In this document: one piece after another, positions 59,309 to 64,000 of the stretch | How the letters are laid out: each line of letters opens with the position of its first letter | Position numbering within the stretch: the first letter of the stretch is position 1 | NCBI GenBank assembly: GCA_963752595.1 | Contig: CAVVYZ010000014.1 | Span: forward strand, 32,001 to 96,000 | Length of the DNA: 64,000 nucleotides | Direction of reading: 5' to 3' | Source of the DNA: an uncultured delta proteobacterium | GTDB lineage: Bacteria; Desulfobacterota; Desulfomonilia; UBA1062 | Translations under genes and position numbers: made by a program | The notes under the pieces: model-generated | The model's input: the letters and a program-made list of their open reading frames with translations, nothing else | What the model was told of the DNA's origin: nothing | The model's database searches: none

Positions 59309-59696
59309 AAATTTGCATTAGTTGCAATTTGATCTGACAATTAGGGAAGAAAGACTACAATACCCCAATCAGAAATGATATGCGATTATATTAATTCTAC
59401 AAATACTTATCCGTTTTCCCATTATGGCTCTGCACCTCGATAGAGGCAAGACTCGAAGATAGTGCCCAGAGTGGCACGATTAGCCGGGAGCTTGCAGCAC
59501 TCAAAAAAATGATGAATATCGGGGCATAAGGCGCGGACAGTCTTCGACCGTTATAACATCGTGAACGCTGAGGATTTAAAACAGGCTGCATCAAGGCAGG
59601 AAGCATACCTTCAAAAGCAAAATAGTTACAGCCCTCGATTTTACTCCAAAAGCCAATCAAGACAAAACCCAGATAAACCTTGCAACATTGAGGTAA

Positions 59697-59780
<84 letters not shown>

Positions 59781-59981
59781 TGTAAGTACTGTATGGAAAG
59801 AGCACCCTCATTTGTCAAGTTAAAATCGGGAGGGTACACAAGACCTTACCATTCCAGCGTGCAGGGGAAACGCATGAGGAAACTTCCTCTGATGCGTTTC
59901 AATCAGGAGATTCCCGGCAGCTTGCTGCGGGGTACTTCATTAAGAAAGGACGCCTGCAGGAGCGGGAGGCGTCCTTTGATT

Positions 59982-62534
59982 TTATGCCCAGCAGATCAGG
60001 CCTGTGTCCACAGGATAGATGAGATTCGTATGGCTCGGGAGAACCCGCACCGTATACCCGAACCTCCCGGTGTCTTCGCACAGGATGCGCACCTGGAACA
60101 GATGCTCGCCTTTACCGACATCCCCACAGTGGTCCATGGTCACCTTCTGCACATTGAAGAGATTTCCTGCATCATCAATATTCCCGTAGTAAACCTGAGC
60201 GCATACATCATTCGGTGAAATCGTTCCCAGGTGAATGGCAGCCTTGACAATGACTTCGCTGTGGACCTCTACCTCATCCCCCTCGGAATGCTCGATGTCC
60301 CGTATCTGGACATCTTTCCAATGTTTCTTTAAGGTATTCATCCAGGAAACAAGTCCCTTGGCATTCTTGAAGTGATCGGCGCCGAGTATGCGTGAATTGA
60401 GAGCAGCCTCCATATAGCACCTGTCAGTATATTCCTCCACCATCCGGTTGGAATTGAACTGCGGGCACAGGATCCTCATGGAGCGTTTCATCATGGCGAT
60501 CCATTTCCTGGGGAGACCGTCTAAGCCCCTGTCGTAGAAAAGCGGGATGACCTCGCGTTCGAGAATATCGTAAACGGTTTTGCTCTCCACTTCATCCTGG
60601 TACTGGAGGTTGTCGTACACCTCTCCGCTCCCTATGGACCAGCCGAGCTCGGGTTGATACCCCTCGACCCACCATCCATCAGGAACGCTCATGTTCAGTG
60701 CACCGTTTGCCGTAGCCTTCATACCCGAGGTACCGCAGGCTTCCAGAGGTCTTCTGGGATTGTTCAGCCAGACATCCACACCCTCAACCAGGTAACGGCC
60801 TATGTTGATATTGTAGTCTTCGAGGAACACCACCCGGTTTCTGAACGGTTCTTCCCTGGCAATATGGATAATGCGCTGGATAAGGGCCTTGCCCTCATGA
60901 TCGCGGGGATGTGCCTTGCCTGAAATAATGAGCTGTACCGGGCGTTCGGTACTGGATACGATCTTCTTGAGGCGCTCGATGTCGTGGAAAAGGAGCAGAC
61001 CTCTTTTATAGGTTGCGAATCTCCTGGCAAACCCTATGGTCAGGGCATCGGGATGCAGGGTTTCCATGGCCCGCTGGATATCGCTGGATTTCCCGCCTCT
61101 GGCCTTGAGCTGTTTCACCAGCCGGCTTCTGGCAAAGGCCACGAGCCTTTCCCGCCTTCTCTGGTGCGTCGACCACAGCTCGGCATCGGGAATCTCGTCG
61201 ATGCGTTCCCATACCTTCTGGTTATCCGGATCCTCTTTCCATTTAGGCCCAAGGTACCGTTCGAAGAGATCGGCCATTTCCGCAGATATCCACGAGGGGG
61301 TATGGATCCCGTTGGTGACGGATGATATGGGTACATCCTCGATGGTGACATGGGGCCAGATATCCTTCCACATATCGCGGGATACCTCTCCGTGCAGCTT
61401 GCTCACCCCGTTCCGATATGCGGAATTCCTGAGGGCAAACACGGTTGCCCCGAAATTATCCTTATCGTTCGCCGGATTTTTCCTTCCCAGGGCGATGAAG
61501 TCAGCCCACTTGATTCCGTGGCATTCCACATAACCCTTGAGGTATTTCTCCATGAGGCTGATCTCGAACACGTCATTGCCGGCCGGCACCGGCGTATGGG
61601 TAGTGAATACCAGGGAAGTCCTTAAAACTTCGCGTGCCGTGGTGAAATCCAGGCCGTGCTTCTCCATGAGCATCCTGGTCCGCTCGAGGCCGACGAGGAA
61701 GGAGTGCCCCTCATTCATGTGGTACACCATGGGATCTATCCCCAGGGCATTCAGGGCCTTCATGCCTCCTATGCCCAGAAGGATTTCCTGCCGAAGCCTG
61801 TCCTCATTGTTCCCGGCATACAGTCCTCCGGTGATGTTGCGCTCATCGGGGTGGTTCTCTTCGAGATTCGTATCCAGAAGGTACAGGGGGATCCTGCCGA
61901 CCTGGCATCTCCATATCTGGGCACAGCAGGGCCGTCCGGCCATGTCGATGCAGATCTTGACCGGCTTGCCGTCCTTGCCTGTTTCGAGATGAAGGGCCAT
62001 ATGGTAAAAGTCGTTATTGGGAGACTCTTCCTGCTGCCAGCCATCCAAGCTCAAGTACTGGGTAAAATATCCATGCTTGTATAGAAGGCCGACCCCGCAC
62101 AGCGGAAGCCTCAGGTCACTGGCGCTCTTGAGATGATCCCCGGCCAGAATGCCCAGCCCTCCTGAATAGATAGGCAGGCTTTCCGTAATGCCGAACTCCA
62201 TAGAAAAGTATGCAATGGTGAAATCAATGGGCTGGGAAAGGAGGAAGGAGTATACACCCTTTTCCGATATATAATCATCGAATGCCTCGGAGGTCCTCTT
62301 CATCTGGGACAGAAAACCGTCGTCCTCCATCAGATCCATGATCCTTCCCTGGGATATCCGGGAGAGCATCTCAACAGGGTTGTGCCCTGTCTCTTCCCAG
62401 AGATCCCGATCCATGTGCTGAAAGAGACGCAATCCCTGCTGGTTCCAGCTGAACCACACATTATATGCAAGGGAGAGGATAGGACTCAGTGTCTCAGGCA
62501 AAGTCGGTACAACTCTAAAGGACTTGATCTTCAT
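59982..62534 (-). CDS. glgP: Alpha-glucan (glycogen) phosphorylase
   Basis: YSGGLGILAGD, HMNEGH, ARRFATYKR, EACGTSGMKA. Confidence 0.95.
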   Translation of the reverse strand: MKIKSFRVVPTLPETLSPILSLAYNVWFSWNQQGLRLFQHMDRDLWEETGHNPVEMLSRISQGRIMDLMEDDGFLSQMKRTSEAFDDYISEKGVYSFLLSQPIDFTIAYFSMEFGITESLPIYSGGLGILAGDHLKSASDLRLPLCGVGLLYKHGYFTQYLSLDGWQQEESPNNDFYHMALHLETGKDGKPVKICIDMAGRPCCAQIWRCQVGRIPLYLLDTNLEENHPDERNITGGLYAGNNEDRLRQEILLGIGGMKALNALGIDPMVYHMNEGHSFLVGLERTRMLMEKHGLDFTTAREVLRTSLVFTTHTPVPAGNDVFEISLMEKYLKGYVECHGIKWADFIALGRKNPANDKDNFGATVFALRNSAYRNGVSKLHGEVSRDMWKDIWPHVTIEDVPISSVTNGIHTPSWISAEMADLFERYLGPKWKEDPDNQKVWERIDEIPDAELWSTHQRRRERLVAFARSRLVKQLKARGGKSSDIQRAMETLHPDALTIGFARRFATYKRGLLLFHDIERLKKIVSSTERPVQLIISGKAHPRDHEGKALIQRIIHIAREEPFRNRVVFLEDYNINIGRYLVEGVDVWLNNPRRPLEACGTSGMKATANGALNMSVPDGWWVEGYQPELGWSIGSGEVYDNLQYQDEVESKTVYDILEREVIPLFYDRGLDGLPRKWIAMMKRSMRILCPQFNSNRMVEEYTDRCYMEAALNSRILGADHFKNAKGLVSWMNTLKKHWKDVQIRDIEHSEGDEVEVHSEVIVKAAIHLGTISPNDVCAQVYYGNIDDAGNLFNVQKVTMDHCGDVGKGEHLFQVRILCEDTGRFGYTVRVLPSHTNLIYPVDTGLICWA

Positions 62535-62862
62535 AAAAACCCCTTTCGTATGACAACATATTTCTCCTCATGCCGTGGCGAAAAAACACCTTATTACCTC
62601 GTGGAAGCGATGCGGGATGAGGGAAAAATATGTTCCCAAATAATGGACTGCTTGACCTCATATGTACTATTATCATCATGTCTATCAACCAATACTTAAG
62701 GATACATAAACACCGGCATGGTACGGTATCGGAAATTTGATAATCCGACTAAATTTTTTCCGTATTTTTTGTACAATCTCATTCCTGCGGATAAAACACA
62801 TTGAGAAACTACGAATGGGATTACTACTCCGGTATAAAAATAAGGAACCATTCCCTCTTCAT

Positions 62863-62896
62863 CTGAAAGGCCGGTATGGCGCACGCCATACCGGCC
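62863..62896 (-). terminator. Strong hairpin downstream of cpoB
   Basis: GGCCGGTATGGC/GCCATACCGGCC perfect stem; short T tail on minus strand. Confidence 0.55.
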
Positions 62897-62963
62897 CTCG
62901 TATTGAAAGAGTGCAGCCATCCATGGCCCAAAAACTACCTTGAAACCTGATGATTTGATCCCT

Positions 62964-63686
62964 TTACCCCTTCCCGAGCCCTTCTTTCATGATCCTCTTA
63001 GCCTTGCTTGCAGCCTCGCTATTTGGATAGCGCTGGATAAGGCGCTGCAGAATGAGATTCCCTGTTTCATTGTCTCCTGTTTTATAGAACGCCATACCTT
63101 CTTTGAGGAGGGCATCGGGCAGTTTATCACTCGATCCGAATTTCTTTTCGATCATATCGTACTGCAGGATGGCATCTTCATATTTTCCGAGGGAATAGAA
63201 TGTTTCGCCAATCCAGAATTGGGTGTCGTCAACGAGCGCAGGATCCGGGTTGGATGAGAGGAAAGCCTTCAGATCGCTCAGCGCATCCGCAAACCTTCCG
63301 CCGCGGTACTTTTCCAGCCCCGTATCGAAAAGGGACCTGGGAGGCTGCTTCTGCGCATCAATAAGGGATTTAAGGCTCATGATCTCCTTTTCCATGGCAT
63401 TCAGGCGCTCCTCTTTGACCGAGCCCTTTGTGGCTACCTTCAGCTCTTCGATGCCTCCCTGCAGCAGGGATATCTGCTCCTGTAGCTCTGTATATCCGGC
63501 CTGGAGCTCGGCCTGCTGTCCCAGGCCTTGCTCCGTGAGCCGGTCTTTTTCCTTGAGCCTGTCTTCCGCTTTCGTAACCCTGGTCTTGAGGGCATCCACT
63601 TCCCATTTCACCGCTTTCAAATCCTGCTGGGAAGCACAGCCCGCAAGGAAAAACAGAACGATGAGGGAGGGGAATAGTCTGTTCAT
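62964..63686 (-). CDS. cpoB: Tol-Pal system protein CpoB/YbgF
   Basis: Lipobox LAGC, coiled coil, TPRs (QFWIGE, KLPDALLK, YPNSEAA); follows pal. Confidence 0.88.
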   Translation of the reverse strand: MNRLFPSLIVLFFLAGCASQQDLKAVKWEVDALKTRVTKAEDRLKEKDRLTEQGLGQQAELQAGYTELQEQISLLQGGIEELKVATKGSVKEERLNAMEKEIMSLKSLIDAQKQPPRSLFDTGLEKYRGGRFADALSDLKAFLSSNPDPALVDDTQFWIGETFYSLGKYEDAILQYDMIEKKFGSSDKLPDALLKEGMAFYKTGDNETGNLILQRLIQRYPNSEAASKAKRIMKEGLGKG

Positions 63687-63696
63687 ATCGCCCCTA

Positions 63697-64000
63697 TCAA
63701 TCGCCAAGAATGTCGAAATGGGCCCTTCTGTTCTTTGCCCATGCCTGCTCGGTCTGAGCCGGATCCAACGGCTTCTCCTCGCCATAGCTGATCGTGGTCA
63801 ACCGGTCGCGGCTGATGCCTAAGAAGACGAGGTAATCCAGCGCCGCCTTTGCCCTGCGCTCACCCAGTGCGAGGTTGTATTCACTCGTACCCCTCTCGTC
63901 GCAATTGCCCTCGATCCGGACCTTTACGCTCTGATGGGCATTGAGGTAACCGGCCTTCTCGGCGAGAATCTTTCTGTCTTCCGGCATAACGTTGAATGTG
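63697..64000 (-). CDS. pal: Peptidoglycan-associated lipoprotein (5' end outside window)
   Basis: [36 protein letters not shown]. Confidence 0.93.
   Translation of the reverse strand, partial: TFNVMPEDRKILAEKAGYLNAHQSVKVRIEGNCDERGTSEYNLALGERRAKAALDYLVFLGISRDRLTTISYGEEKPLDPAQTEQAWAKNRRAHFDILGD

Noticed and set aside
62696-62943. Small ORFs in the AT-rich glgP-cpoB spacer
   Set aside because: No SD or motif; they overlap a terminator-like hairpin and probable promoter DNA

Overview
Core chromosomal segment of a moderately GC-rich, probably anaerobic Desulfobacterota/deltaproteobacterial genome (taxon inferred from gene content). Housekeeping and metabolic genes: LysR regulator, Smr protein, holB, an EF-G paralog, mog, scpAB, trpS, a TPP riboswitch with thiE-thiC, rluB, ihfB, PBP1B, a 4-subunit 2-oxoacid:ferredoxin oxidoreductase, pgm/pmm, a porin, rpsU-yqeY-mutS2-dnaG-rpoD, glgP and cpoB-pal. 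A sigma54-driven flagellar basal-body cluster carries two enhancer-binding proteins, a TPR protein, flgBC-fliEFGHIJ and a motE-like gene. Roughly ten or more small indels, mostly at 10-19 kb, split conserved genes and look like sequencing errors. Strongest leads: (1) a putative fatty-acid-methyl-ester quorum-sensing loop wired into c-di-GMP, made of a PilZ-fused PhcB-like methyltransferase, a PhcS-like membrane sensor fused to PAS-HD-GYP beside the flagellar genes, and a sigma54 GGDEF-PilZ pair; (2) tandem mini-islands at tRNA-Leu(TAG) with a 380-bp duplicated module containing an internally deleted integrase and a toxin-antitoxin cargo; (3) a radical SAM plus a KAS III lacking the His/Asn dyad; (4) a Cys-rich-Nudix-eIF2B-like fusion; (5) two candidate non-coding RNAs and repeated leaderless-type promoters. 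Family assignments rest on motif recall, not database searches.
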